Made by a program: the position numbers and the translations under genes. Shown in pieces: positions 1 to 7,388 of a stretch of DNA of 36,581 nt. How positions within the stretch are numbered: position 1 is the first letter of the stretch; the number at the start of each line of letters is the position of its first letter. The notes under the pieces were generated by a model, which searched no databases, had not been told where the DNA came from, and worked only from the letters and a program-made list of their open reading frames with translations. The DNA comes from a virus (lineage: Duplodnaviria > Caudoviricetes), in the IMG/VR virus record IMGVR_UViG_3300035548_000135, positions 1-36,581 of that record; one strand, written 5' to 3'.

Positions 1-82
1 CAAACAAACGTATGAAAAGCGCCGGTGTTCCCGTCTTTGCACCCTCGCCTTGTATGCTAGTGAATATCTCTGAAAGCCTCAT
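1..82 (-). CDS. queE: QueE (7-carboxy-7-deazaguanine synthase), 5' fragment cut by the window edge
   Basis: Manual translation from ATG at 82: MRLSEIFTSIQGEGAKTGTPALFIRLF(G), the typical QueE N-terminus; begins one base after the queD stop. Not in the ORF track. Confidence 0.93.
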   Translation of the reverse strand, partial: MRLSEIFTSIQGEGAKTGTPALFIRLF

Positions 83-83
83 G

Positions 84-428
84 TCAGGCCTCCGCATAGC
101 TTGTTGAATCTTCCCAGACACGAACGGTTATGGTATGTATGTTTGTGCCCGTTTTTGTATATAGGTAGTCACGCATCTCTCGTGCGATGTTCTCCGCTGT
201 TGGATTATCTGCCATTATGTCATTCAGGTTCTTGTGATCGTATGCCTTGATGTGATGTTTTATAATGGAAAAATCCAGAAGCATGCCGTCTTTGTCCGGT
301 TCGCCTTCGATCCAAAGCTCTATTATATAATTGTGTCCATGGAGATTTCTGCATTTGGATTCATAAGGTAAGTCAAGAACATGGCTTGCGCTTATCTCAT
401 GTTTTGAGTAGATCTTCATAATCTGCAT
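84..428 (-). CDS. queD: QueD 6-carboxy-5,6,7,8-tetrahydropterin synthase (likely start 419)
   Basis: Motifs CRNLHGHNY, DHKNLND, NPTAENIA, VWE. Confidence 0.95.
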   Translation of the reverse strand: MQIMKIYSKHEISASHVLDLPYESKCRNLHGHNYIIELWIEGEPDKDGMLLDFSIIKHHIKAYDHKNLNDIMADNPTAENIAREMRDYLYTKTGTNIHTITVRVWEDSTSYAEA

Positions 429-1147
429 CTCCTTAAGTATTTTTGATATTGGATATATGCTAACAACCCCTGCCGATCCAATTCATAATGAGGAAGGCAC
501 GCACGTTTTCCTGAGGGGTGTTGTTGATATATGGTTCCGTTTTTAAAAGAATATAAATGACCAAATTTACCACCTATCCATGAAGTTGAATCAACAGAAT
601 AAAACGGCAGTTTGGTTGCCTCATTTCCGGTGGCTGCAAGCCCGTGAACCTTTGTGTTCTCCTTTTGTGCGAGTTTTAGAAAATATTTCAAAACATGAAT
701 ATTGCCTTTGAATTCCCTATATGGCAAGGCTATGTAATCGTAGTTTTGTATTAGTTTTTTATATTCGGTGAACCCCCGTGTTTTATGCCATACTGGTATG
801 GAAGGGTGTCCTACTTCTTCTTCAATGGTGTGTCGTAGTTCATTGACCTGTTGTAATGTAAGAAAGGCGTCAAAATCCATTTCAATATAGTTTTCTATAT
901 TATGTTTTTTTATGAATGCAATATAGTTCTTAGTATATTTTTGCATGTCTGCTTCCTGTATTCTCCTATGTGGGCTGTTGATAAATGTGAATGCGCCGGA
1001 ATCAAGAAGAAAATCCATATTATGTTTGAATAATTCTGTTTGCCATTCTTTGAAATAGTAAAAGGATTCAAGAACACATGCGTTGTTTTCAAGCAGTATA
1101 TCCCACAAATATGGGCGAGAGTATGTGCCGGCAAGATATAATTTCAT
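416..1147 (-). CDS. DpdA/TGT-like transglycosylase, putative 7-deazaguanine DNA insertion enzyme
   Basis: TGT-fold motifs LDSGAFT, IPVWH, VHGLA, SVDSTSW; embedded in the que cluster. Confidence 0.8.
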   Translation of the reverse strand: MKLYLAGTYSRPYLWDILLENNACVLESFYYFKEWQTELFKHNMDFLLDSGAFTFINSPHRRIQEADMQKYTKNYIAFIKKHNIENYIEMDFDAFLTLQQVNELRHTIEEEVGHPSIPVWHKTRGFTEYKKLIQNYDYIALPYREFKGNIHVLKYFLKLAQKENTKVHGLAATGNEATKLPFYSVDSTSWIGGKFGHLYSFKNGTIYQQHPSGKRACLPHYELDRQGLLAYIQYQKYLRRCRL

Positions 1148-1638
1148 ATCTCAAACACCGCCCCACATTCAGGGCAGGTTGCGGTTTTCGGTGGTTTGTC
1201 CGTAGTGTCATCTTTGAAGAAATTGTTTATTTCATCTTCTGACAGGTCATGTATGTCTGCATCGGTGAAGCCCAGATCTCCCAGATCGAGATCATAATCA
1301 TGGTCGAGACCCAATAGTTCCGGGGTGTCCCAAAAAGATGATTCATGTATCTTGTTGTCTAGAATTGAATATTTTATCGCATCACGTTCCGAATCGAATT
1401 CAACAAGTTTCACCGGAACCGTTTTTAATCCTGCTTTGAGTGCCGCCTTGAATCGGGTATGGCCTGCCCGTATTGTTCCATCTGGTGTTGCTATGATGGG
1501 ATCGACAAAGCCTATGTTCTTATCAAGAATGACCTTTACTAATTTTTCAACCGCTTCATCGTTCTGTCGTGGGTTTCGTTTCCATGGTTTAAGTTTTTCT
1601 ATATCGTACTCTTTGTAGTAGCCTATCTCTTTTGCCAT
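1144..1638 (-). CDS. ParB/Srx N-terminal domain protein with C-terminal CPxC motif
   Basis: LKPWKRNPR, GFVDPII, IRAGHTRFKAA, LDNK, and C-terminal TCPECG. Confidence 0.88.
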   Translation of the reverse strand: MAKEIGYYKEYDIEKLKPWKRNPRQNDEAVEKLVKVILDKNIGFVDPIIATPDGTIRAGHTRFKAALKAGLKTVPVKLVEFDSERDAIKYSILDNKIHESSFWDTPELLGLDHDYDLDLGDLGFTDADIHDLSEDEINNFFKDDTTDKPPKTATCPECGAVFEI

Positions 1639-1645
1639 GAGTTCA

Positions 1646-1727
1646 CCTAAAATATATGTATTATCCTTTTCTTACTTATAAAAAGGTGTTACAAAAGAGT
1701 ATAACGTAACTTATATATAAATGTTTT
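1646..1727 (-). promoter_or_regulatory. Archaeal-type promoter(s) for the modification/packaging operon
   Basis: Minus strand AAAACATTTATATATAAG (1710-1727; identical 18-mer at 15368-15385) and TTTATAAG...CATATATTTTAGG ahead of the GGTGA RBS of the ParB-like gene. Confidence 0.65.
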
Positions 1728-1737
1728 GCAAGTAAAA

Positions 1738-1977
1738 TTAGATATGTGTTTCTATGCGGAGATCGTATGCCTCTTCGGTATATATTAATAAATATGTTTT
1801 CTCTACTGTTGTTCCTGAAAGACTGCCTATCATTTTTTGAAGCATTGTTGCTGGATAGTGATGATTTACCCGTATCTCGAATATTGCCTTTTTTCCTTCT
1901 TCATAATAACAGTAAAGTAAAATATTGTCTTTGAATATCTGTATGGTTTCATGGATCACTGTAAGTTTTGTTTTCAT
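1738..1977 (-). CDS. Hypothetical protein
   Basis: Tiles with neighbours; GGAAGTGA-like RBS upstream. Confidence 0.6.
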   Translation of the reverse strand: MKTKLTVIHETIQIFKDNILLYCYYEEGKKAIFEIRVNHHYPATMLQKMIGSLSGTTVEKTYLLIYTEEAYDLRIETHI

Positions 1978-1979
1978 TT

Positions 1980-2408
1980 TTACTCACTTCCTACAATGTT
2001 TTTGACATGATTTTTATATTCCCTGTGCACCTTATCGTATTCTTCCCAGTTTTTTGTCCTGTATGCCATGTTTACATTCTCCCAGAGCCTCACGGCCGTA
2101 GGACACATATATTCTCCCGGGACGCATCCGCAACCTTCTACTACCTTTTGAGCTAAATGTATCACATCTTCTTCGGTCAATAATATCGAGAATGTAACAC
2201 AGTATTTTTCCACATGATATATTTCCGTAGTATTTGGATTCGCTCTAGCCCAAGGATTTACTGTTATATAGATACCGTTTTTTTCCAAGATCTCTTCAGC
2301 ATCGAAAAGCGTCATTGTATTGGGTTTTCCCCTCATGTTCTTTATATGGTTGATTTCATACTTTACTGTTTGTAGATCCATTTGAATTTCCCCCGATCTT
2401 CTTTTCAA
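1980..2408 (-). CDS. Hypothetical protein with C-terminal Cys cluster (CGC...CP)
   Basis: Tiling ORF; start may be the internal MDLQ. Confidence 0.65.
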   Translation of the reverse strand: MKRRSGEIQMDLQTVKYEINHIKNMRGKPNTMTLFDAEEILEKNGIYITVNPWARANPNTTEIYHVEKYCVTFSILLTEEDVIHLAQKVVEGCGCVPGEYMCPTAVRLWENVNMAYRTKNWEEYDKVHREYKNHVKNIVGSE

Positions 2409-2599
2409 AGTTCGCCCTTGTCGAACCGTATTATCGTGTCCGCAAGCGACTCAAACCTTCGAAGCTCTTCGTCTATATGCTCGAGCTTCTTATCAAGTTC
2501 CTTGAAGTCGTCCTTTAGATCTTCATGCTCCATGCATGTTTCTAAGATCCATTTCTTTATGTCTTCCATTTCCATTCTTGTTTTCTCAAATTTATTCAT
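2405..2599 (-). CDS. Small coiled-coil protein
   Basis: GGAGG RBS, heptad pattern, first gene after the TATA element at 2641-2680. Confidence 0.7.
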   Translation of the reverse strand: MNKFEKTRMEMEDIKKWILETCMEHEDLKDDFKELDKKLEHIDEELRRFESLADTIIRFDKGEL

Positions 2600-2640
2600 T
2601 CGATTTCCTCCAAAAGCATGAGCTTTGTAACTCCTGCTTC

Positions 2641-2680
2641 TATATATATATATGTAATAAGTAGTATATAAATCTTTTTG
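2641..2680 (-). promoter_or_regulatory. BRE-TATA promoter
   Basis: Minus strand CAAAAAGATTTATATAC followed by a TA-rich tract; same family as 3800, 4862 and 8738. Confidence 0.7.
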
Positions 2681-2714
2681 TTTTAACTATATGTAAAAGA
2701 AAAAAGTAAAAAAA

Positions 2715-2972
2715 TCATAGCGTTGTTTCCTTTATCCAGATAAGGAAAGCGTAGTTTGCTATATCTATTAAGTCTTTGGTTGAACCTCCGTTCATGTATC
2801 GTTCTACTCGGTCGTCAAGTTTTTTAACAAGGTCCATGCTTACGTCTTCCTTCCAGCCTTGGCCTTTTCCGGTTGCACGGAGCTTGAAGTTCATTGCATG
2901 TGCAAACATGTTTAACAATTCATCATTTGTTGGAAAGTCTATGTTTTCGTCTGGCTTATATATCGTGTTCAC
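2715..2972 (-). CDS. Small all-alpha protein, possibly MazG-like nucleotide pyrophosphohydrolase fold
   Basis: FAxAMxxKL...GW...L...DLIDIANYA pattern, which I recall from small phage MazG-like proteins. Confidence 0.45.
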   Translation of the reverse strand: MNTIYKPDENIDFPTNDELLNMFAHAMNFKLRATGKGQGWKEDVSMDLVKKLDDRVERYMNGGSTKDLIDIANYAFLIWIKETTL

Positions 2973-3204
2973 CCCCGAATATCTTATTTTGTATTTTATT
3001 GTATCTTTGGTTTTCTTTATCGAGTAGTTTTGTGGCCGTTCGCACCTGATGGTCTATTCTGCTTATTTTTATGTCGTTTGATAGTGTTCGTGCATCGAGG
3101 ATCTTTAAGAGTTCTGTGATCAAATGTTCGTAGGTCGCTTCTTTTTTCGTATAATGCGTGAGTTTCAAATCCTTTTCATCACCGATGATATTACCCCCGT
3201 TCAA
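2956..3204 (-). CDS. Hypothetical protein (start uncertain)
   Basis: Fills the gap between tiling genes. Confidence 0.5.
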   Translation of the reverse strand: MNGGNIIGDEKDLKLTHYTKKEATYEHLITELLKILDARTLSNDIKISRIDHQVRTATKLLDKENQRYNKIQNKIFGGEHDI

Positions 3205-3316
3205 GATAGTGTTTTATATTTAAGAGAATTGAAATGACCATTACAAAAATTAAAACAGAAATCAATAAGTTTATTTCTGTAGGTGTGTTTTCTATTATGC
3301 CGCTTCCAACATTCAT
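3191..3316 (-). CDS. 41-aa single-pass membrane microprotein
   Basis: Manual translation MNVGSGIIENTPTEINLLISVLIFVMVISILLNIKHYLERG; ATGA overlap with the upstream stop. Not in the ORF track. Confidence 0.6.
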   Translation of the reverse strand: MNVGSGIIENTPTEINLLISVLIFVMVISILLNIKHYLERG

Positions 3317-3669
3317 TTCCGTGCTATCTCCCAGAGCTGTTCATATTCGTCTAAACGTGCTTTCTTGTTTGTCAAGCCCTTTTCCTTGACCTCTTTTTGA
3401 AAGTTTTCTAGGACATATAGCTTTTGAATGAATCTGTTGTTTTGATCGTTTATTGCGTTAATGAATTCGTCGGTATATTCAGGCATCCAATTGTCTCCAT
3501 GATCTTTCATCATCGATTCAAGGAAATCTGTTGCTTCGGTGTATTTTATCTGGATTTTTGCAAGTGCCTGTCCTATCGTCATGTCGTCTTTTGCATGATC
3601 GATGATTTGAAACACAAAATACTTTCGTATGTTGCTTGGAAGCCTGCTTGTCGGCTTGTATGTTATCAT
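3313..3669 (-). CDS. Hypothetical protein
   Basis: AGGTGA RBS; tiling ORF. Confidence 0.7.
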   Translation of the reverse strand: MITYKPTSRLPSNIRKYFVFQIIDHAKDDMTIGQALAKIQIKYTEATDFLESMMKDHGDNWMPEYTDEFINAINDQNNRFIQKLYVLENFQKEVKEKGLTNKKARLDEYEQLWEIARK

Positions 3670-3678
3670 TTTTTCACC

Positions 3679-3765
3679 TTAGTTATAAAGATAGAAATGA
3701 CCGATCCCTAGAATCTGGTCATCTTTTTTCTTTATATAGTTCTTAATTTTCTTATAGATTTTCAT
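3679..3765 (-). CDS. 28-aa basic microprotein
   Basis: MKIYKKIKNYIKKKDDQILGIGHFYLYN preceded by AGGAGG and directly downstream of the 3800-3835 promoter. Confidence 0.45.
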   Translation of the reverse strand: MKIYKKIKNYIKKKDDQILGIGHFYLYN

Positions 3766-3799
3766 TTGGTTTTTCCTCCTGAACCTTTATAGGTTCTAT

Positions 3800-3835
3800 A
3801 TATTAATATATAGCTTCTAGTATTTAAATCTTTTT
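3800..3835 (-). promoter_or_regulatory. BRE-TATA promoter, 36-bp repeat copy 1
   Basis: AAAAAGATTTAAATACTAGAAGCTATATATTAATAT; 35/36 identical to 8738-8773. Confidence 0.8.
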
Positions 3836-3846
3836 ATTGAAGAATT

Positions 3847-4197
3847 TCATAAAGAAAAAAATGGGTTCTGGGAAATGCTCTTGCATCCCAGAATTCGCTT
3901 CGCATCATCTCTAATTACTTCGTTTACTATATAGAAGTCGTCTCTTTCCTTGTAGGCGTTGCATACCACCAGAGAAACAATATAAATCGTGTTCTCTTTT
4001 CGTGGCGGAAGATCTTCCGCATCTGCGAAACGTGTTTTCGTCTCGGGTATGTCTACGCCGTCTGCGTCTATTGTTCCGATTTGTTCAAGTTTCTGGTCGA
4101 GCCTGACCTTCCGGCCGCTTGGATAGAAAACCGTCTTCATCCTGTTTGATTCATCTATTATGTTTATAGGATGTGGCGTGCAGTTCACTATTTTCAT
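3847..4197 (-). CDS. NxTPH-motif protein, candidate Crn4-like cyclic oligoadenylate ring nuclease
   Basis: N-terminal VNCTPHPI, then PSG, LP, YIVS and IRD..RILGC motifs; family link recalled, not searched. Confidence 0.5.
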   Translation of the reverse strand: MKIVNCTPHPINIIDESNRMKTVFYPSGRKVRLDQKLEQIGTIDADGVDIPETKTRFADAEDLPPRKENTIYIVSLVVCNAYKERDDFYIVNEVIRDDAKRILGCKSISQNPFFSL

Positions 4198-4850
4198 TAT
4201 AGATCACCTTGTGAGAAACTGTAGTGATTGAAGTCGGAAAAGATCTCATAGTCTCGTGCACGAAGATATTCTTCTATGGATTTGTATACGGTTACTGGAT
4301 TTTCAGCAACATCCATCGCTTTTTGAAACGAGCTGATTGTTTCATTTGAAAGTTCATCGCCAGCTATGTAGAATTCATATAAGGTGCTGTCTGTCAAAAA
4401 GACCGTGAACTTTTGAATGCTTCTTCGTGGTTTCCGATCAATTAAATTTTTGTCTTCTAAGAATTTTCTTGAATGTTCATGGTCTTTTTCGCTTCCGTCA
4501 GAACTCCAGCTAAAACCTTCGAAATGCTTTTCTGCCAACATTAGTGTTGCTGTCACTAGAAAATCATACGGATTGCGATCTGTCTTGCAAAAATCAAATT
4601 CCGTTTCTTTTCGTTTTAAAACGAAATCCTCACAATCATGCGGCTTGCACCCATTGAAACAAAGCTTTGCTTCATCAAAGTATACATACTCGATAGCCAA
4701 CGGCTCGTTCGTCAAATATCTTCCGGCTTGGTATGTGTTCTTAGGCAGGTCAAATATGACCTGATTTACATCTTTTAAAAACCGGTTCCATGTATGTAGT
4801 CCCGGTTTTGTTTTCATTTTCCAATAGTTTGTATATCCCATATATACCAT
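4197..4850 (-). CDS. Conserved viral protein of unknown function
   Basis: MGYTNYW, FNG, FCKTxRxPYD and SSDG motifs recalled from uncharacterised phage proteins. Confidence 0.7.
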   Translation of the reverse strand: MVYMGYTNYWKMKTKPGLHTWNRFLKDVNQVIFDLPKNTYQAGRYLTNEPLAIEYVYFDEAKLCFNGCKPHDCEDFVLKRKETEFDFCKTDRNPYDFLVTATLMLAEKHFEGFSWSSDGSEKDHEHSRKFLEDKNLIDRKPRRSIQKFTVFLTDSTLYEFYIAGDELSNETISSFQKAMDVAENPVTVYKSIEEYLRARDYEIFSDFNHYSFSQGDL

Positions 4851-4861
4851 CCTCCTTAATC

Positions 4862-4900
4862 TAATATATATATTTAACTATTACTATTTAAATCTTTTTG
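4862..4900 (-). promoter_or_regulatory. BRE-TATA promoter
   Basis: Minus strand CAAAAAGATTTAAATAG...TATATATATTA upstream of the 4850 gene. Confidence 0.7.
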
Positions 4901-5327
4901 TTATTTCGTGTTTTCCTTTTTCAGTAATAGAATAAATAGGGTATTTTTCCCTTGTTTTTTCAATGAATCCTTCAGAACGAAGCTGTCGCAAGCTATTGAC
5001 TGTATAGTCTTTTGGAAGGTTTAAGGCCGTATAAATTTCTTTTAGTGTCGGGTTATATAAAATTTTATCTATTTGCTTTAGCATGTGAAATCTTCGTGGC
5101 TGCCATGTGGGAACAAAATCCAAAGCTTCTTTGTCTATGGCATATACCTTTATTCGTTTGTTGTTGTTATTGTTTGATGGCGTGAATTTTGAATGAATGT
5201 GTTTCATTTTCCCTAATTTTTTTAGTACGCTCCATGTATGCATGTTCGCTGCGGCCGCAAGAGTGTGGCGTGTTACCGGTTGCAAAAGCTCTATTAGTTC
5301 CATTAATTGATCTTCTCGTGTTTTCAT
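4884..5327 (-). CDS. Tandem winged-helix DNA-binding protein
   Basis: PTLKEIYTALNL...VNSLRQLRSEGFIEK...YSITEKG is a typical wHTH; the N-half shows a similar helix pattern. Confidence 0.7.
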   Translation of the reverse strand: MKTREDQLMELIELLQPVTRHTLAAAANMHTWSVLKKLGKMKHIHSKFTPSNNNNNKRIKVYAIDKEALDFVPTWQPRRFHMLKQIDKILYNPTLKEIYTALNLPKDYTVNSLRQLRSEGFIEKTREKYPIYSITEKGKHEITKRFK

Positions 5328-5345
5328 AGCGATTCCTTCTTTTCA

Positions 5346-5693
5346 TTATATTATTATTTCCTTGAATGTTTCAATAGGTAATAGTATAAATCCCTTAGAC
5401 TTTTTGTTTCCGCATTTCCAGAGTGCCACTATATCGCCTTGTGTCAATGCTTTTTCTATCCACTTTGGAAAATCCTTGTCTCGTGCCTTTACCTCTACCT
5501 TGTATGTTGCCACCTCTCCGCCGTCCCAGCCGTATAGTTGGGTGAAAAGCACATCCCCGTCGAGAGTTTCATCATATTTTCCATATGCTCCGCTTGCGAG
5601 CTGTCTGTGTGCCGTCCATCCGGGAATGTTATTTAGAAATTCTTCTGTCTTCTTTTCGTAGCGGTAGCCCTTCGACTTCTGTTTGGATGTCAT
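5346..5693 (-). CDS. Hjc-like Holliday junction resolvase (PD-(D/E)xK)
   Basis: KSKGYRYEK, RQLASGA, GDV and VEVKAR motifs. Confidence 0.8.
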   Translation of the reverse strand: MTSKQKSKGYRYEKKTEEFLNNIPGWTAHRQLASGAYGKYDETLDGDVLFTQLYGWDGGEVATYKVEVKARDKDFPKWIEKALTQGDIVALWKCGNKKSKGFILLPIETFKEIII

Positions 5694-5743
5694 TTAGTCA
5701 CACTCTATAATTTTTCTTTCTTTAATTTTTCTATATCACTCAT

Positions 5744-5890
5744 TCACATCGCCTCCTTCCTATTTCTCAATATATCGTATGCCATCTCGAGCAGCGCCCC
5801 CACGGCGAGACCCGAGAGGAATATGAGGATCGCCTCGAGGGCGAGCGGTGCCTCGCCCAGGAGGGTGCCGGAGCCTGTCCCGTTCATCAT
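5744..5890 (-). CDS. GC-rich single-pass membrane microprotein (47-48 aa)
   Basis: Manual translation (M)MNGTGSGTLLGEAPLALEAILIFLSGLAVGALLEMAYDILRNRKEAM; GGAGG RBS and overlap with the upstream stop. Confidence 0.65.
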   Translation of the reverse strand: MMNGTGSGTLLGEAPLALEAILIFLSGLAVGALLEMAYDILRNRKEAM

Positions 5891-6318
5891 TCATTTCCTC
5901 CCCTTGTCTTAATTCTCTTCGAACATACCTCTAGCCACTTCGGGAGGGGTGGTTGCATCTCCATTGCTTTGGTGTGTTCCGTATCCTCAAAACTTGCCAC
6001 TATTTGGAATTCTATTAGGCGTGGGCTTATGCTTCGTGGTTCACGTTCCTCAATGTACTCATGCATGAGTTTGATGTCGTCATGTTGTTCCATCGAGTGT
6101 TTTTTCATCCTGTCAAACGCCTTCCTCGTTTCACATGCCACCTTTTGCGCCTCATCCCGTGCTGACCGCATCGCATCTATCTCCTTCTTCCTATCGTCAA
6201 GCAACATCCAAAGCCCTTCAAACTCACGTTCTATCCGTTCATGCTTCTCTTGCAGCCGCTCGTACTCCTCGGCGGCTACCCAATCGTCCACATGTATCTC
6301 AATCCTTATCGGTTCCAT
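5887..6318 (-). CDS. Coiled-coil hypothetical protein
   Basis: Charged heptads; tiling ORF. Confidence 0.7.
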   Translation of the reverse strand: MEPIRIEIHVDDWVAAEEYERLQEKHERIEREFEGLWMLLDDRKKEIDAMRSARDEAQKVACETRKAFDRMKKHSMEQHDDIKLMHEYIEEREPRSISPRLIEFQIVASFEDTEHTKAMEMQPPLPKWLEVCSKRIKTRGGNE

Positions 6319-6467
6319 TCAATCATCTCTTTCTTTTGGCATATATCAGGGTCTCTACTAATACAACATACACATTCAAGCGTTACTTCTAGAAACAATT
6401 GGTATTTACATCCTTTACAACTTTCTTTGCATAACACTTTTCTTTGATTACTTTTTTCAATATTCAT
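6306..6467 (-). CDS. 53-aa Cys-rich protein
   Basis: MNIEKSNQRKVLCKESCKGCKYQLFLEVTLECVCCISRDPDICQKK...; GAAGGTGA RBS. Not in the ORF track. Confidence 0.5.
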   Translation of the reverse strand: MNIEKSNQRKVLCKESCKGCKYQLFLEVTLECVCCISRDPDICQKKEMIEWNR

Positions 6468-6722
6468 TCATTCACCTTCTTCTTGATTTGCTTCTATTAG
6501 CTTTAATCTTCCATTGTTCTTTAAATGCAAATATTTGTCGTAACCGTATGTTGTCACGATCATGTTTTCAAGGCTGACCACAAACGAAAGACTGTATTCT
6601 ATCAATGATTCCACAGAATTGTTTTCTGGTTCTGTTTCTATAAATTCCCTTAGTAGTTTGTGCGCTTCCTGAAGATCGTCTTCTGCCTCATGTATGCGTA
6701 TCATATTTACTATATGTCCCAT
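6468..6722 (-). CDS. Hypothetical protein
   Basis: GAGGA RBS; tiling ORF. Confidence 0.7.
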   Translation of the reverse strand: MGHIVNMIRIHEAEDDLQEAHKLLREFIETEPENNSVESLIEYSLSFVVSLENMIVTTYGYDKYLHLKNNGRLKLIEANQEEGE

Positions 6723-6748
6723 TTTGTTTCATCCTCTTGTAATATCAT

Positions 6749-6970
6749 TTAAAATCTTCCAAAATATTGAGCCAGTATCGCCATAATCAAAAAGAAGAAC
6801 CAGCTTACATATAATATTCTGAAATCCCGTTCTTCGGTTTCAACCCTTCTTTTTTGTTCATGCTTCCAATACTCGTAATATTTGCAAGCACTCTTTTTCC
6901 ACATTTCAGATTCCTTTTCTATCTGTTCTTTGTCGTTCATAGTTTTGCCTCCGCAATTTGAAATACGCAT
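6749..6970 (-). CDS. Small protein with C-terminal transmembrane helix (likely start MNDKE)
   Basis: Hydrophobic ILYVSWFFFLIMAILAQY; GGAGG before the internal Met. Confidence 0.6.
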   Translation of the reverse strand: MRISNCGGKTMNDKEQIEKESEMWKKSACKYYEYWKHEQKRRVETEERDFRILYVSWFFFLIMAILAQYFGRF

Positions 6971-7071
6971 TTAAAATCTTGTCTATTTTTTTAAGTTTCT
7001 GTTCGCTATGTTTTAGGTCTCGTTCGGCTTGTTCTATTTCGTTTAGTGTTTCTTTTATATCAATCATGTGC

Positions 7072-7386
7072 TCACCATGCATATTTGGAACGTATTTTTG
7101 TACGAATCTGTTGCTTTTTTCGTGAAAGATCCTGCAATAGTTTTTTTAGTTCCTGCATTTTCTTGAAATACGCAACATCTTCCCACCTGATATATGCATC
7201 CGGTTGAGAATCAAACGGTGTTATCACAAGAAAGAGCCTATTCATAAGCGTGTTTTTTGTTTTCTTTAAACGCTTCTTGTTTCGTGCGATCTCTCCGCAA
7301 ACTAATATATAATCACGTTCGATCCCTTCCATGTTTGATTCATCAAGAAACCTATACATTCGTTGTTTTTGTTCTTTGAAATTCAT
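7072..7386 (-). CDS. Basic hypothetical protein
   Basis: GAGGA RBS; tiling ORF. Confidence 0.65.
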   Translation of the reverse strand: MNFKEQKQRMYRFLDESNMEGIERDYILVCGEIARNKKRLKKTKNTLMNRLFLVITPFDSQPDAYIRWEDVAYFKKMQELKKLLQDLSRKKQQIRTKIRSKYAW

Positions 7387-7388
7387 TT

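Noticed and set aside
2641-2653. (TA)n tract as a phase-variable microsatellite
   Set aside because: Similar TA-rich tracts follow most TATA boxes here (4864, 9018, 14067), so it is better read as part of the promoter; no evidence of length variation.
5705-5743. 12-codon ORF MSDIEKLKKEKL with a GGAGG RBS
   Set aside because: Too short to support; may be a gene remnant.
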